Positions 44,380 through 53,921 of a stretch of 64,000 nucleotides of DNA are shown here, piece by piece. The first letter of the stretch is position 1. Each line of letters starts with the position of its first letter. The DNA lies in sequence record MZ574431.2; one strand, given 5' to 3'. The notes beneath the pieces are model-generated. The model did not search any database. It was given only the letters and a program-made list of their open reading frames with translations, and was not told where the DNA came from. The position numbers and the translations under genes were made by a program.

Positions 44380-44931
44380 ATGACCGACAAGACCACCGAC
44401 CTGCTCTATCCGCAAACCCTGCTGGCCCAGAACCTGCCGGGTCGCCCCGGCATGCTGCCGGCCTGGATCGTGCTGCGCGACATGGGGCCGAAATCCCATC
44501 ACCGCTACGTCACCCATATGCGGCTCGAATATCCGGCCATTGACGAGGCCGGCCCGAAATACGGCTTTGACCATGGCCATTATTTCGCCGACCTGCGCGA
44601 GGCGATCGAAGACTATAGCCAGCGCTGCGCCGATAAGGTCATGAGCGCCATGCGCCAAGCCTACGACGTACCGCGCGCGCCGGACAAGCCGCGCACCGTG
44701 ACCCTGCCGCTGGGCGTGGTCCAGGCCGCCTATGGCCTGATCGACGGCAACACCTTCGACCTCAACGCCGCCACCGAGGACAAGGACTTGGTGAACGCCA
44801 CCGAGGAGGCGCTTCGCGAGGCCCTGGGCTCCGATCGCTTTTTCCGCGATGTCGAAGCCGCCTCCAAGGCGCTCGCCGACGCCTACCGCGCCGCCAATCA
44901 ACCGCCGGCCGAGGAGACCGCCCATGGCTGA
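44380..44931 (+). CDS. hypothetical protein (MTDKTT...)
   Basis: leader ACGGGAGACACCCC-ATG. Confidence 0.85.
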   Translation: MTDKTTDLLYPQTLLAQNLPGRPGMLPAWIVLRDMGPKSHHRYVTHMRLEYPAIDEAGPKYGFDHGHYFADLREAIEDYSQRCADKVMSAMRQAYDVPRAPDKPRTVTLPLGVVQAAYGLIDGNTFDLNAATEDKDLVNATEEALREALGSDRFFRDVEAASKALADAYRAANQPPAEETAHG

Positions 44932-45439
44932 TTATGAGGCCTATGTGGTCTTGGACAAGCGCCGTCGCCATGTGGCGACGGTGACGTTCAAATTCACCGA
45001 AAGCCAAGTGACGGCCACCGTCGTCACGCCGTGGTCGGCGCCGGAGTCCCTGGCGCGCATCGCCAAGGTCAAGGGCTGGGTGATCGATCAAAACCGGCTC
45101 ATCGATCCTGCGACCGGCAAGGCCGTGGCCTATGTCTCCAAGGTCCAGGAGCAGACCGGCAAGGCCGGCGGCTACGGCTACGACAAGCGCGCCGCCTCGC
45201 TCGCCGGCCTCTATGTCGATGGCCACGAGATGGGCGACCATTCGTCCAGCCTCGGCGCCCCGAAAAAGCCCAAAGGCGCCGACCTCTACCCGGCCGACTT
45301 CACCCCGCCCAAGGGCTACCGGCTGGCCAACTACCAGAGCGCCACCGAGACCAAGGAAGCCGGCTATATGTCGTGTTTCCGCGAGCAAGGGCTGAACTAC
45401 CTGACCGCCCTGGGCTACGACGTTATCCAGGCGCTCTAA
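44924..45439 (+). CDS. hypothetical protein (MADYEA...)
   Basis: RBS GAGGAG; GKAGGYGYDK motif. Confidence 0.85.
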   Translation: MADYEAYVVLDKRRRHVATVTFKFTESQVTATVVTPWSAPESLARIAKVKGWVIDQNRLIDPATGKAVAYVSKVQEQTGKAGGYGYDKRAASLAGLYVDGHEMGDHSSSLGAPKKPKGADLYPADFTPPKGYRLANYQSATETKEAGYMSCFREQGLNYLTALGYDVIQAL

Positions 45440-45443
45440 GGCG

Positions 45444-45470
45444 AAGGCCCGCCACACCGGCGGGCTTTCT
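45444..45470 (+). terminator. rho-independent terminator
   Basis: GCCCGCC-ACACC-GGCGGGC-TTTCT. Confidence 0.75.
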
Positions 45471-45578
45471 GCTGGCCCTAGGCGTTAACCTTAACCGGGC
45501 GTTAGGGTTAACGGGGCGTAAACAAACATGGTTAACGCGGCCCATGGTCAGCCCAGGCGAAAAGGTGCAAGAAAGCTG

Positions 45579-45606
45579 TTGACAGCATTTCGACCCCATG
45601 CGACAA
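45579..45606 (+). promoter_or_regulatory. cassette promoter d
   Basis: TTGACA-GCAT-N9-ATGCGACAA. Confidence 0.8.
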
Positions 45607-45654
45607 GGGGGCTCCAAACAACGCCAACGCCCCAAGCGGGCAGGGAGACACCCC

Positions 45655-46236
45655 ATGGCCCTGGTCACCGAATCCTTCGCCGTCGACATCGACTGCACCC
45701 GCGCCCTGACCCCTGCCGAGCGGCGCGGTCTGGCCGCCGCCATCGCCCATCTGCTGGCCATCAACATCGATAAGGTCGAGCCCGAGCCGGGCGGCTACCT
45801 GACCGCCAATATCGGCCGCGTTCGCCCGGCCGGCATGACCGGCGAGGCCGGCCGCGAGGCGCGGATCAGGACCGAGGCCCTGACCAGCCTCGACCATGAC
45901 GCCCCGGTCGCCCTGACCCTGGAGTGTGGCGGCAGCGTCGATGTCATCGCCCGCTTCTACACCATGGCCGACGCCGAAACCTACCTCAACGAAAACCCGG
46001 AAATCGACCCGGTGTCGCTGAACCTGGGCTGCTACGGCATCGACGCCCCCTATGGCGTGGCCAGCGATGCCGACGCTGATAAGCTGCTCTACGACCTGGG
46101 CTATCGCCTGCACGCCACGGCCGGCGGCTCCTGGACCTTCACCGACCCGAAGGGCTATCTCTGGGACGGCGGCGCCAAGCGTGAGGCCGTGGTCATGATC
46201 GCCCTGGCGCAAGCCGCCCAAATCGAGGAGGCGTAA
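45655..46236 (+). CDS. hypothetical protein (MALVTES...)
   Basis: leader GGGAGACACCCC-ATG. Confidence 0.85.
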   Translation: MALVTESFAVDIDCTRALTPAERRGLAAAIAHLLAINIDKVEPEPGGYLTANIGRVRPAGMTGEAGREARIRTEALTSLDHDAPVALTLECGGSVDVIARFYTMADAETYLNENPEIDPVSLNLGCYGIDAPYGVASDADADKLLYDLGYRLHATAGGSWTFTDPKGYLWDGGAKREAVVMIALAQAAQIEEA

Positions 46237-46241
46237 ACGCC

Positions 46242-46667
46242 ATGACCCGCTATTCGATCATGGTCGAGGTCCAGACCCTCGCCGACAGCGAAACCCAGGC
46301 CCGCAAGGACGTTGAATTCGCCATCATTGAGGGCCGGTTCCCCGAGCACATGAATTGGATGGTTCGCCAGAGCGCCCCTTGCGCCGGCGAGACCGTCCAG
46401 GCCGATGACACCCCCACCCGCTGGGCGACCTTTGTCGGTCAAGCCTGGGTCCAGGGCCACAGCATGGAGGTGGACGACGCGCGCGTGCGCTACGGGATCA
46501 CCGACGCCGAATTCAACGCCAATGGCGGCGATGAGCCCGCCGACTTCGACGCCCTGGCCCAAGCCGCCCGCGCCCCGCAATGGGTCAAGGACTGGTCAGG
46601 CCCGTTCGACGTCTATATTTCCGACATCGAGGACGGGGAAGACCCCGAGGAAGTGCGCCAGCTATGA
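46242..46667 (+). CDS. acidic hypothetical protein
   Basis: RBS GGAGG; WSGPF motif. Confidence 0.85.
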   Translation: MTRYSIMVEVQTLADSETQARKDVEFAIIEGRFPEHMNWMVRQSAPCAGETVQADDTPTRWATFVGQAWVQGHSMEVDDARVRYGITDAEFNANGGDEPADFDALAQAARAPQWVKDWSGPFDVYISDIEDGEDPEEVRQL

Positions 46668-47215
46668 AACGCCGCCACAGCCTTTATTTGCTGGTGATCA
46701 ACACCGGCCCCCTGGTGATCCTCCAGGCGCCGGCCGATTTCCTGCGCTGGGACATCCACCGCGCCGCCATCCTGCGCATGATGCGCCGTGACCATGGCGT
46801 CAAGGCCAAGGACGTTCACGCCATCGAAGGCCTCGCCGGCTCGCCCTACGGCGCCGACGATGACCGCGAGGCCCTGGGCAAGCTCAAGGAAACCTTCGCG
46901 GGCCTGCGCCACGGCTTCGCCGCCTTCCACCTCTACACCTGGGACGGCAAGGACTATCAGCCCTTGCGCGAGCCCCTGACGCGCCCGCAAGGCCTTGTTC
47001 GCCTCCTAGGCCCCTATCCGCCGCCGAGCGGCGTCTATGGGCCGCACGCGCGCAAGACCGCCTCCCACGTCTATCAGGTCTTCAACGCCGATGGCGTCAA
47101 GCTGGTGGGCGGCTCGTTCGGCCCCGATCCTGACGCGGCCCTGGCCTATGCCCGCGCCCAAGCCGCCGCCAAGGGCTACCCTGACCCGGCGGTCGAGATC
47201 GTCACCCCGAATTAA
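46664..47215 (+). CDS. hypothetical protein (MKRRHS...)
   Basis: ATGA overlap. Confidence 0.75.
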   Translation: MKRRHSLYLLVINTGPLVILQAPADFLRWDIHRAAILRMMRRDHGVKAKDVHAIEGLAGSPYGADDDREALGKLKETFAGLRHGFAAFHLYTWDGKDYQPLREPLTRPQGLVRLLGPYPPPSGVYGPHARKTASHVYQVFNADGVKLVGGSFGPDPDAALAYARAQAAAKGYPDPAVEIVTPN

Positions 47216-47229
47216 ATGCAAGAAAACTG

Positions 47230-47257
47230 TTGACAGCCTTTCGGGGCCATGCGAGAA
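47230..47257 (+). promoter_or_regulatory. cassette promoter e (left arm GCCT)
   Basis: TTGACA-GCCT-N9-ATGCGAGAA. Confidence 0.7.
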
Positions 47258-47330
47258 CAAGGCTCAAGACGAGACAAGAGACAGCCAAGAGGAGGACATC
47301 ATGAAGTAGCGACAATCTGGAGCACACCTC

Positions 47331-47789
47331 ATGAATGTATTCGTCCGCGACGATCTTTTTCAAACCGATCTCGACGAGTGTGGTGACCCGCTTCTGGGTC
47401 GCGTCTTCTACGTCGTTGTCGAGGATCAGAACGGCGCCCGCATCGCCCACGATCGTTGTTTCTACGATCACCGGCGCGTCACCGATGAGGATGGCTTCGC
47501 CTTCTGGCAAGCCCTCTCTTACGAAGACGTCGCCGCCGAGGAAGCCAAGGCGAAAGCCCTGGCCGCCAAGATCGAGAGCCATCTGGCGCGGGGCGGCGCC
47601 CTGGACCCCGAGCACTGGCGAGACATCGACCCGTGCTATGGCTCCAAGGCCTATGCCGATCTCGACCGGTTCGGCTACTTCCTGGCCAAGGAACGGGCCG
47701 CCGACCGCGATCGAGGCGAGAACGTCCCTGACAGCCCTTGGGACGGCATCGCCGCCATGGTCGATGGCCCCAACTGGTTCGACCGCTGA
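47331..47789 (+). CDS. hypothetical phage protein
   Basis: RBS GGAG; preceded by in-frame ATG-AAG-TAG minigene. Confidence 0.85.
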   Translation: MNVFVRDDLFQTDLDECGDPLLGRVFYVVVEDQNGARIAHDRCFYDHRRVTDEDGFAFWQALSYEDVAAEEAKAKALAAKIESHLARGGALDPEHWRDIDPCYGSKAYADLDRFGYFLAKERAADRDRGENVPDSPWDGIAAMVDGPNWFDR

Positions 47790-47793
47790 TCTT

Positions 47794-47821
47794 AAGGCCT
47801 CGCCACCCGGCGGGGCCTTTT
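47794..47821 (+). terminator. rho-independent terminator
   Basis: AAGGCCTCGCC/GGCGGGGCCTT + TT. Confidence 0.75.
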
Positions 47822-47906
47822 GACCACCGCCTGGGCGTTAACCTTAACCGCCCGTTAGGGTTAACCCCGTCGCGCCCGGCGTTAACCCTGTGGCGCAAGA
47901 AAGCTG

Positions 47907-47934
47907 TTGACAGCATATCAGCCCCATGCGACAA
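47907..47934 (+). promoter_or_regulatory. cassette promoter f
   Basis: TTGACA-GCAT-N9-ATGCGACAA. Confidence 0.8.
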
Positions 47935-47962
47935 GAGCCCATCACAACGAAGGAGGTCGCCC

Positions 47963-48640
47963 ATGGGCGCCGGCATTTCAAAGACCGCACTGAACGCCCG
48001 CGTTCGGCGCCGCCTGCAAAACTTCGCCCACGCCAACGGTGGGACCTACGCCAAATATCAGGCCCAAGGCGTCAAGGACGGCCTGCCCTGGACCAAGGGC
48101 GTCAACGTACTTCGCGCCTCCAATGGCGAGACCTTTGGCCTTGACTGCATCGTCATCGGTCAGGGCGAGGCCGCCCGCCCCTACGGCTTTTCCGACCTCG
48201 ATAGCGCGATCCTGGCCTATCGCCTGGACGAGGCCGAAACCGGCGCGGCGATCTTCGCGGGCCAGCGCGGCGATTACAAGCGCTTGATCGGCCGGCGTAG
48301 CCCGTTCATCCAGACCTGGGGCTTTGACTATTGCCTCGCCCTGGAGTTGGACGACGGCGGGTTTACGCTCTTTCGCCCGAACGGGACCATGCTTCCCTTC
48401 CGGGGCGAGGCCGCCGACAGTTGGGCGCGTGAGCTTTGGGTTCTGTTGCCCAAGGTCTACCGCCGCCACGACGAGCGCAAGCCGCTCTATCGCAGCGAGG
48501 CGATCGCCCAAGCCCAGGCCCTGGACCTGTGGGCCAGCCAGTTCGCCGACGAGGATTGGACCACCGCCGGGGATGACTGGCGCGGCAAGCCCGACCACTA
48601 CAAAGGCCCCCGCAACCTGCCCCACGGCGACCCGCTCTAG
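47963..48640 (+). CDS. hypothetical protein (MGAGISK...)
   Basis: RBS AAGGAGG. Confidence 0.85.
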   Translation: MGAGISKTALNARVRRRLQNFAHANGGTYAKYQAQGVKDGLPWTKGVNVLRASNGETFGLDCIVIGQGEAARPYGFSDLDSAILAYRLDEAETGAAIFAGQRGDYKRLIGRRSPFIQTWGFDYCLALELDDGGFTLFRPNGTMLPFRGEAADSWARELWVLLPKVYRRHDERKPLYRSEAIAQAQALDLWASQFADEDWTTAGDDWRGKPDHYKGPRNLPHGDPL

Positions 48641-48740
48641 CCAGAGGATCACCCAGGCCCCGCGCCTGGGTTCGATCCTTGCCGCGTCCGTTAACCCTAA
48701 CACGGCGTTAAGGTTGACAAAAATAAATGCAAGAAAGCTG

Positions 48741-48768
48741 TTGACAGCATCGAAGCCACATGCGACAA
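48741..48768 (+). promoter_or_regulatory. cassette promoter g
   Basis: TTGACA-GCAT-N9-ATGCGACAA; leader nearly identical to c. Confidence 0.8.
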
Positions 48769-48794
48769 GAGGTCATCGAAACGGGAGACACCCC

Positions 48795-49295
48795 ATGAAC
48801 GACCAATATCCGCCCCTGACCGATGGCCAGCAAGCGGCCCTGGTCGCCTTCGCCGACCAGCATGGCGGCCTGGGCGAGGCCTGGAAGGAAGCCCTCGGCG
48901 ACGCCTGGAGGACGTGCAGCGAGCCCGAGGCCCTCAAGGCCGACCTGCGAACCATCCGCAACACCTATGGCCCCTCCTGGCTCTATGATGAATATGCCTG
49001 GGGCTGGCGCCCGACCCTGCCGGAGTGGGAGCGCGCCGGGCGCTGGACCGACACCCCGCCGCAGCCGACGCCGGGCAAGGCCCGCTGGAGCGCGTCGTTC
49101 GACCCGCCGGCCATCGGCGAGCGCGTCCGGGTGACCACCAACGGCCTGGGCTGGGCGAGGGTCACCGGCTACTTCGTCGAAGGCGACTGGCTGGGCGTGA
49201 TCGTCAAGCTTGAAGCCCCGGCCGACTGGTATGTCAAGCAGAACGGCGGCAACGTCCCCGGCCACAGCTTCGGAACCGAAATCGCCCTGGATTAA
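48795..49295 (+). CDS. hypothetical protein (MNDQYP...)
   Basis: leader ACGGGAGACACCCC-ATG; LRTIRNTYGPSWL. Confidence 0.85.
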   Translation: MNDQYPPLTDGQQAALVAFADQHGGLGEAWKEALGDAWRTCSEPEALKADLRTIRNTYGPSWLYDEYAWGWRPTLPEWERAGRWTDTPPQPTPGKARWSASFDPPAIGERVRVTTNGLGWARVTGYFVEGDWLGVIVKLEAPADWYVKQNGGNVPGHSFGTEIALD

Positions 49296-49451
49296 CCATC
49301 TGGGACTAGCCTGGGCGGCCCTGGCTGGGAAACCAGCCGGGGCGCAAGGCCGCCGGCCGGCGTTAAGGTTAACCTCTCTCGCCCGGCAGTTAAGGTTAAA
49401 CCCGCCGCCCAGGCCGTTAACCAAGGCGCCCAAGAAAGTGCAAGAAAGCTG

Positions 49452-49480
49452 TTGACAAGCATCTAGGCCACATGCGACAA
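49452..49480 (+). promoter_or_regulatory. cassette promoter h
   Basis: TTGACA-A-GCAT-N9-ATGCGACAA. Confidence 0.8.
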
Positions 49481-49507
49481 GAGGGCATCACAACGGGAGA
49501 CACCCCC

Positions 49508-50361
49508 ATGACCACCGCCCCGCGCCTGTTCGCCGATCTCGACGACCTCGCCAAGACCACCTATGTCGTCCGCATCGTCGACAACGGCGGCGAGAGCGCC
49601 GACCGTTACACGATCGTCACCGCCGACGGCGACTATTACGCCTACAGCGCCAACCCCGGCCATCCCCAAGGCGTGGGCCTGTCGGGCGAAGGCATCGACC
49701 CCAAGTGCTGGCCACCTGGGTTGAGCGCGGCGAGGCCGTGGACCTCACCCTAGGCGAGCTTCCCGAGGCCGCCGCAAGGTGCCTGCTGGGCTCGCTGAAC
49801 CAGTCTTTCGAGGACTTCCTGAAAGCCGTCGAGGACGGCGCCCGCGACGCCGTGGCCCCGACTCGCGAAAAGGCCTCGATCCATGACGGCTCTTACGACT
49901 CGTTCGGCAAGGGCCTCTATCGGGTCGGTGAGGCCCTGGCCATCCGCCGCGACGGCGACGACGCGGGCGACGATCTAGGCCCCTACATGACCGCCGTCGA
50001 GGCGGTCAAGAACACCCTCCCCGATGAATACGCCTTCGCCGGCGAGGAATATCTGTCGCCCCGCGACATGACCTTGACCGAGCCGGTCGCCAAGCCGCTG
50101 GCCCTGGTCCACGCCCTGGAGGCCATTCGTGACTATGAATATCAGCGCGACAACCCCGGCTCGTTCTTCGACGGCCTCAACGAGGACGACACTGACGCGG
50201 GCCTGGGGACCGATCGCCGTATCGCCTACCTCAACGCCGTGACCAGTGATGCGCGCATCGTGTCGCGGATCGGCGAGGCCGACGCCCTGGCCCTGGCCCA
50301 TGAGTGCCTCGCCGAACTGTGGACCCTCGCCCAAGAGCGTTGGGAAGAGGCCAAGGCCTAA
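49508..50361 (+). CDS. hypothetical protein (apparent frameshift at 49699-702)
   Basis: MTTAPRLF...DNGGESADRYTIV; one extra C joins it to the 49705..50361 frame. Confidence 0.75.
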
Positions 50362-50373
50362 GACTCCTGCATC

Positions 50374-50403
50374 GCCCCGGCCTCATCGCCGGGGCGTCTT
50401 TTT
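50374..50403 (+). terminator. rho-independent terminator
   Basis: GCCCCGGC/GCCGGGGC + GTCTTTTT. Confidence 0.75.
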
Positions 50404-50490
50404 GACCACCGCCTGGGGTTAACCCTAACGCGACGTTAAGGTTAACCCCGGCGGCCCAGGCCTTAACCATCTTTTCCCGCAAGAAAGCTG

Positions 50491-50518
50491 TTGACGGCAT
50501 GGCATGGACATGCGATGT
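50491..50518 (+). promoter_or_regulatory. cassette promoter i
   Basis: TTGACG-GCAT-N9-ATGCGA. Confidence 0.75.
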
Positions 50519-50549
50519 CACAGAAACACCGAACGGGAGACACCCCCTC

Positions 50550-51515
50550 ATGACCACCTATCGGACGACCACCCGCCCCGACCGCCTGACGCAGATGGCG
50601 TTTTTCTCGTTCGACGCCCTGCGCTCGGACTCGCCCTTCGCCGTCAAGCCCGCCTGTGGCAAGGCGCCGCGCGAGCGCGCCCTGGAGGACTTCGACCCGG
50701 CCGTGATGTTCACCATCAAGCCGCGCGATCGCGGCGACGGCTACACCGCCCATGCCAATTTCGGCGGCTCTGAGGTGTCGTGGATCAGCATCGCCGGCTA
50801 TGGCCTCACCGAGGAGGCCGCCCGCGCTGATCTCCTCGCCCGGTTCATCGCCGATCGCAACGGCGAGGGCAAATATGGCCCTCATGAGCCGCTGCATGGC
50901 TATGCCTGGACCAGCCAACTGGCGCCGTACTGGGATTTGCTGGAGCGTGAGGCGGCCATTCGCCAGCCCTTCGCCCGCACTCTCTATCTGGGCAAGCTCA
51001 AGTCGGGCCGCCCCAATCCCAAGGGCTTTGACGTGTTCGTCGATGTCACATGGACCGGCGAGCGCCTGACGCTGTCGGGCGTCATTGGCCCCAAGGCTAA
51101 CGGCAATTCCTGGGGCGGCTGTGGCCAGATCATCGACAGTCTGGAGCGCAAGGCCTTCCTCGAATTCGCCCCGTCCTGGCATTATGACAGCGCCCTGACG
51201 GGCCTTGTGCAGGCCTGGACGCGCTGGCATTTGAACGACCTTCGCGCCGGCTCGCCGGCTCAGGAAAAGCACCTGCGCCACTATCAGGCCAAGCTCAACA
51301 TTGAGCAGGCCATGACCGCCGGCGCCCATCATCTGGACGCCACCCGCGCCGAACTGGCGCGCGTGGGCCTGGAGCCTGACCCCTACCACCGCCACGGCGT
51401 CGGCTCCAAGGCCTACAGCTACGGCAGCGGCTGGCTGAAAGAGGAGGTTCCAACCCACGTTCTGGACTTCCTGCGCAACCTACCCGCCCCCATCAAACAA
51501 AGCCCCTGGAGGTAA
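50550..51515 (+). CDS. hypothetical phage protein
   Basis: GGCGQI, RWHLNDLRAG, YSYGSGWLKEEVP motifs. Confidence 0.85.
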   Translation: MTTYRTTTRPDRLTQMAFFSFDALRSDSPFAVKPACGKAPRERALEDFDPAVMFTIKPRDRGDGYTAHANFGGSEVSWISIAGYGLTEEAARADLLARFIADRNGEGKYGPHEPLHGYAWTSQLAPYWDLLEREAAIRQPFARTLYLGKLKSGRPNPKGFDVFVDVTWTGERLTLSGVIGPKANGNSWGGCGQIIDSLERKAFLEFAPSWHYDSALTGLVQAWTRWHLNDLRAGSPAQEKHLRHYQAKLNIEQAMTAGAHHLDATRAELARVGLEPDPYHRHGVGSKAYSYGSGWLKEEVPTHVLDFLRNLPAPIKQSPWR

Positions 51516-51519
51516 TCGC

Positions 51520-51908
51520 ATGGCCCTAAACACCGCCGGCCTCGTCGCCCGTCTGCGCGAGGTTCTCGCCGCCGCCCGTCCCTGACCGAATGGGCCAAGG
51601 GGCGCGGTCTACAGCATCAAAACGTGTCCGCCGTGGCGCGTGGCGACACCGTGCCGCAAACCTCGATCGCCACGGCCCTGGGCTTGCGCCGGGTGACCAT
51701 CCAAGCCTATCTGGCGCCCAGTGAAGCCCTGCCCCTGCTTCCGCCGGGCTGGGAAGAGGTGCAGCCCGGATCGGCGACCCCGGTCGGCTGGACCCCTCGC
51801 GACAAGGCCGCCCAACCCATCCCGCAAAGCGGTTCGGCCGATCGCGCCGCCCGCGCCATCCGCCTGGAGCGGCTGCGAAACGAAAAAGAAATGCGAGAAA
51901 GCCGTTGA
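51520..51908 (+). CDS. Cro/XRE-like HTH protein (apparent frameshift at 51575-77)
   Basis: corrected reading APSLTEWAKGRGLQHQNVSAVARGDTVPQTSIATALGL. Confidence 0.6.
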
Positions 51909-51932
51909 CAGCATAACAAGGCCATGCGACAA
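51905..51932 (+). promoter_or_regulatory. cassette promoter j
   Basis: TTGACA-GCAT-N9-ATGCGACAA; -35 overlaps the HTH gene stop. Confidence 0.8.
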
Positions 51933-51958
51933 AGCCTCATCAACTGAGGAGCGCCGCC

Positions 51959-52177
51959 ATGGCCTATGCTCAAGCCTTCGTCGTCAACGCCTACATCAAC
52001 GCTCATGTCGAGGAAATCGCCTATAGCGCCATGATGGAAGACCGCGCCGCCGAGGAACTCGACGGCCTGGACTTTGGCGACCGCTGTTACTACGGCGACC
52101 GCGCTTATACGGAACAAAGGATGCTGGAGCGCTACGCCCTGGCCGCCGCTGATCTTCACCCCATCCTCTACGCCTGA
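51959..52177 (+). CDS. hypothetical protein
   Basis: RBS GAGGAG. Confidence 0.8.
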   Translation: MAYAQAFVVNAYINAHVEEIAYSAMMEDRAAEELDGLDFGDRCYYGDRAYTEQRMLERYALAAADLHPILYA

Positions 52178-52191
52178 AAGGAGGGCGTTCC

Positions 52192-52584
52192 ATGGCTAAG
52201 AAAAAGCTTCCGACGCCAAACCCGTATCGCCGCTACAGCGTCGAGGGCCTGGACGCGGCGACGAAGGCCGCCCGCCGTCCTTCGCGCGCCTGCATCCGCC
52301 ATCACGTGGAAGAGGCCGCCAAGCGCCGCGCCGACGCCCTGGCCGCCCTGGCCAGCAAGACCCGCGTTTCGCGCGCCTCGACGATGAGCCTCCAGATGTG
52401 GCAAGAGGCCGCCACCGTCTCGCTCCACATCCTGGCGCGCAAGGCCCTGGAATACCATCGCATGAGAGCGTTCGCCGTCTCCAGCGGCGGCGGCTCCTAC
52501 GCCCCGAGCGGCTGGCCTCTCGACCGCCACGCCCGCGACCAATGGGCCGCCCTCAACCCTCAAGCTTTCAGCGAGGCCGCATGA
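52192..52584 (+). CDS. basic hypothetical protein
   Basis: RBS GGAGG. Confidence 0.8.
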   Translation: MAKKKLPTPNPYRRYSVEGLDAATKAARRPSRACIRHHVEEAAKRRADALAALASKTRVSRASTMSLQMWQEAATVSLHILARKALEYHRMRAFAVSSGGGSYAPSGWPLDRHARDQWAALNPQAFSEAA

Positions 52585-52793
52585 CCCTGACCTATCGCAC
52601 CGACTACACGCCCGACGACGGCAAGACCATCGAGGTCAGCGACCCGATGACGCGTGAGCAGGCCATGCGGCAAGCCGCCTACCTGTCGCGCACCTACGGG
52701 ACCGCCTACGCCATCGCCAGCGACGGCAAACGCGACACCGGCCAAAGGGTCTATCAAGACGGCCGGTTCGCCTACCAAGACGACAAGTTCTAA
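52581..52793 (+). CDS. hypothetical protein (MTLTYRT...)
   Basis: ATGA overlap. Confidence 0.8.
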   Translation: MTLTYRTDYTPDDGKTIEVSDPMTREQAMRQAAYLSRTYGTAYAIASDGKRDTGQRVYQDGRFAYQDDKF

Positions 52794-52796
52794 GGA

Positions 52797-52823
52797 AGGG
52801 CCTGGAGCGATCCGGGCCTTTTC
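52797..52823 (+). terminator. rho-independent terminator, same sequence as at 55538
   Basis: AGGGCCTGGAGCGATCCGGGCCTTTT. Confidence 0.75.
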
Positions 52824-52908
52824 ATCGCCGGCCGGCGTTAACCCTAACGCGGCGTTAAGGTTAACCCTGGGACGCGGGGCGTAAACCAAGGAAAATGCAA
52901 GAAAGCTG

Positions 52909-52937
52909 TTGACACGCATCGAAGGACCATGCGACAA
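52909..52937 (+). promoter_or_regulatory. cassette promoter k
   Basis: TTGACA-CGCAT-N9-ATGCGACAA. Confidence 0.8.
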
Positions 52938-52963
52938 AGGCTCACCAACAACGGAGAGCCCCG

Positions 52964-53521
52964 ATGCTCGACCACCCGCTGATCGTCACCGCCCTGGCCA
53001 ATCTTCGCGAAGGCCCCGGCATGACCAATTCCGCCGATCGTCAGACCAAGGTCACGAGTCATCAACTGACCACGGCGATCATGCTCAAGGCCGCCGACCA
53101 GATCGCCCAAGCCCTGGGCGACCTCACCCCGCCGCCCTGCCTGGGCTATTTCCTCGCCAACGAGTTTGATCGCCTGGGAGACACCTGGGGCGACTTCATG
53201 ACCGCCTTCGACGAAGGTCAGGCCCTTGCGGATGCTGACGAGGTGCTGGCGTGGTATCGCCGCACCGTCCGCGACGATCCCGAGGGCTACGCCGAGCGCA
53301 TGGACGGCGCCTTGCCCAACGCCGCCACCCGAGCCCAGATCGAATCCGACTACGCCGCCGCCAAGGCCGGCGGCCGGTTCATCGTGGTTCACGGCAAGAC
53401 CGGCTCGCAGTACGGCGACCGCCTGTCGCAACGCTTCGCCACCTACGAGGCGGCCGAAGAAGCCTGCGCCCCCTACCGCAAGCCCGGAACCTGGGCTTAT
53501 GTCGATGAGGCCGCCTCGTGA
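52964..53521 (+). CDS. hypothetical phage protein
   Basis: RBS GGAG. Confidence 0.85.
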   Translation: MLDHPLIVTALANLREGPGMTNSADRQTKVTSHQLTTAIMLKAADQIAQALGDLTPPPCLGYFLANEFDRLGDTWGDFMTAFDEGQALADADEVLAWYRRTVRDDPEGYAERMDGALPNAATRAQIESDYAAAKAGGRFIVVHGKTGSQYGDRLSQRFATYEAAEEACAPYRKPGTWAYVDEAAS

Positions 53522-53919
53522 CCAAGTTCGAGCGCCTGGACGGCTTCACGCAAGCCTTCATTTCGTCGATGGTGACGGGCAAGCCCTACGGCTTCGCCGA
53601 CCTGTCGCCCGACGCCCTGGCCCGCATCATCGCCGATTGCGAGGCCTTCCAATGCGGGCGCCTGGACAAGCCCGCCCGCATGGTCTTTGGCCGCACGCCG
53701 CCGGCCACCACCGCCGTCATGGCCGTGGTCCGGGGCTCCCTGTGCTGGCACGCCGGCCGGCACTTCTGGTTGTCGCGCCAAGGCCTGCCCGACGGCTTCG
53801 ACCAGAGCGAGGCCTTCGCCGGGACCTGGGCGCCGCTGCTGCACAAGCTGGCCCTGACCTTCCCGCCCCTCACCGTTCACCAAGACGCCCAAGGCGTCGT
53901 CACCGTCTCGGAGGCCTGA
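53518..53919 (+). CDS. hypothetical protein, paralogue of 61499..62155 C-domain
   Basis: DGFTQAFI...IIADCEAFQ...[12 protein letters not shown]. Confidence 0.8.
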   Translation: MTKFERLDGFTQAFISSMVTGKPYGFADLSPDALARIIADCEAFQCGRLDKPARMVFGRTPPATTAVMAVVRGSLCWHAGRHFWLSRQGLPDGFDQSEAFAGTWAPLLHKLALTFPPLTVHQDAQGVVTVSEA

Positions 53920-53921
53920 CC

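Noticed and set aside
48653-48690. GGTTCGATCC as a tRNA T-arm
   Set aside because: No cloverleaf. It is the 3' side of a CCCAGGC/GCCTGGG terminator-like hairpin. No tRNA gene was recognised in the window.
20078-51580. Apparent -1 frameshifts at about 20081, 26120, 36260 (terS), 49699 and 51575 as programmed frameshifting or pseudogenes
   Set aside because: All fall in C3-C4 runs, all are repaired by one extra C, none has an X-XXY-YYZ slippery site, and one hits an essential-type gene. Homopolymer under-calling is the simplest explanation; resequencing would decide.
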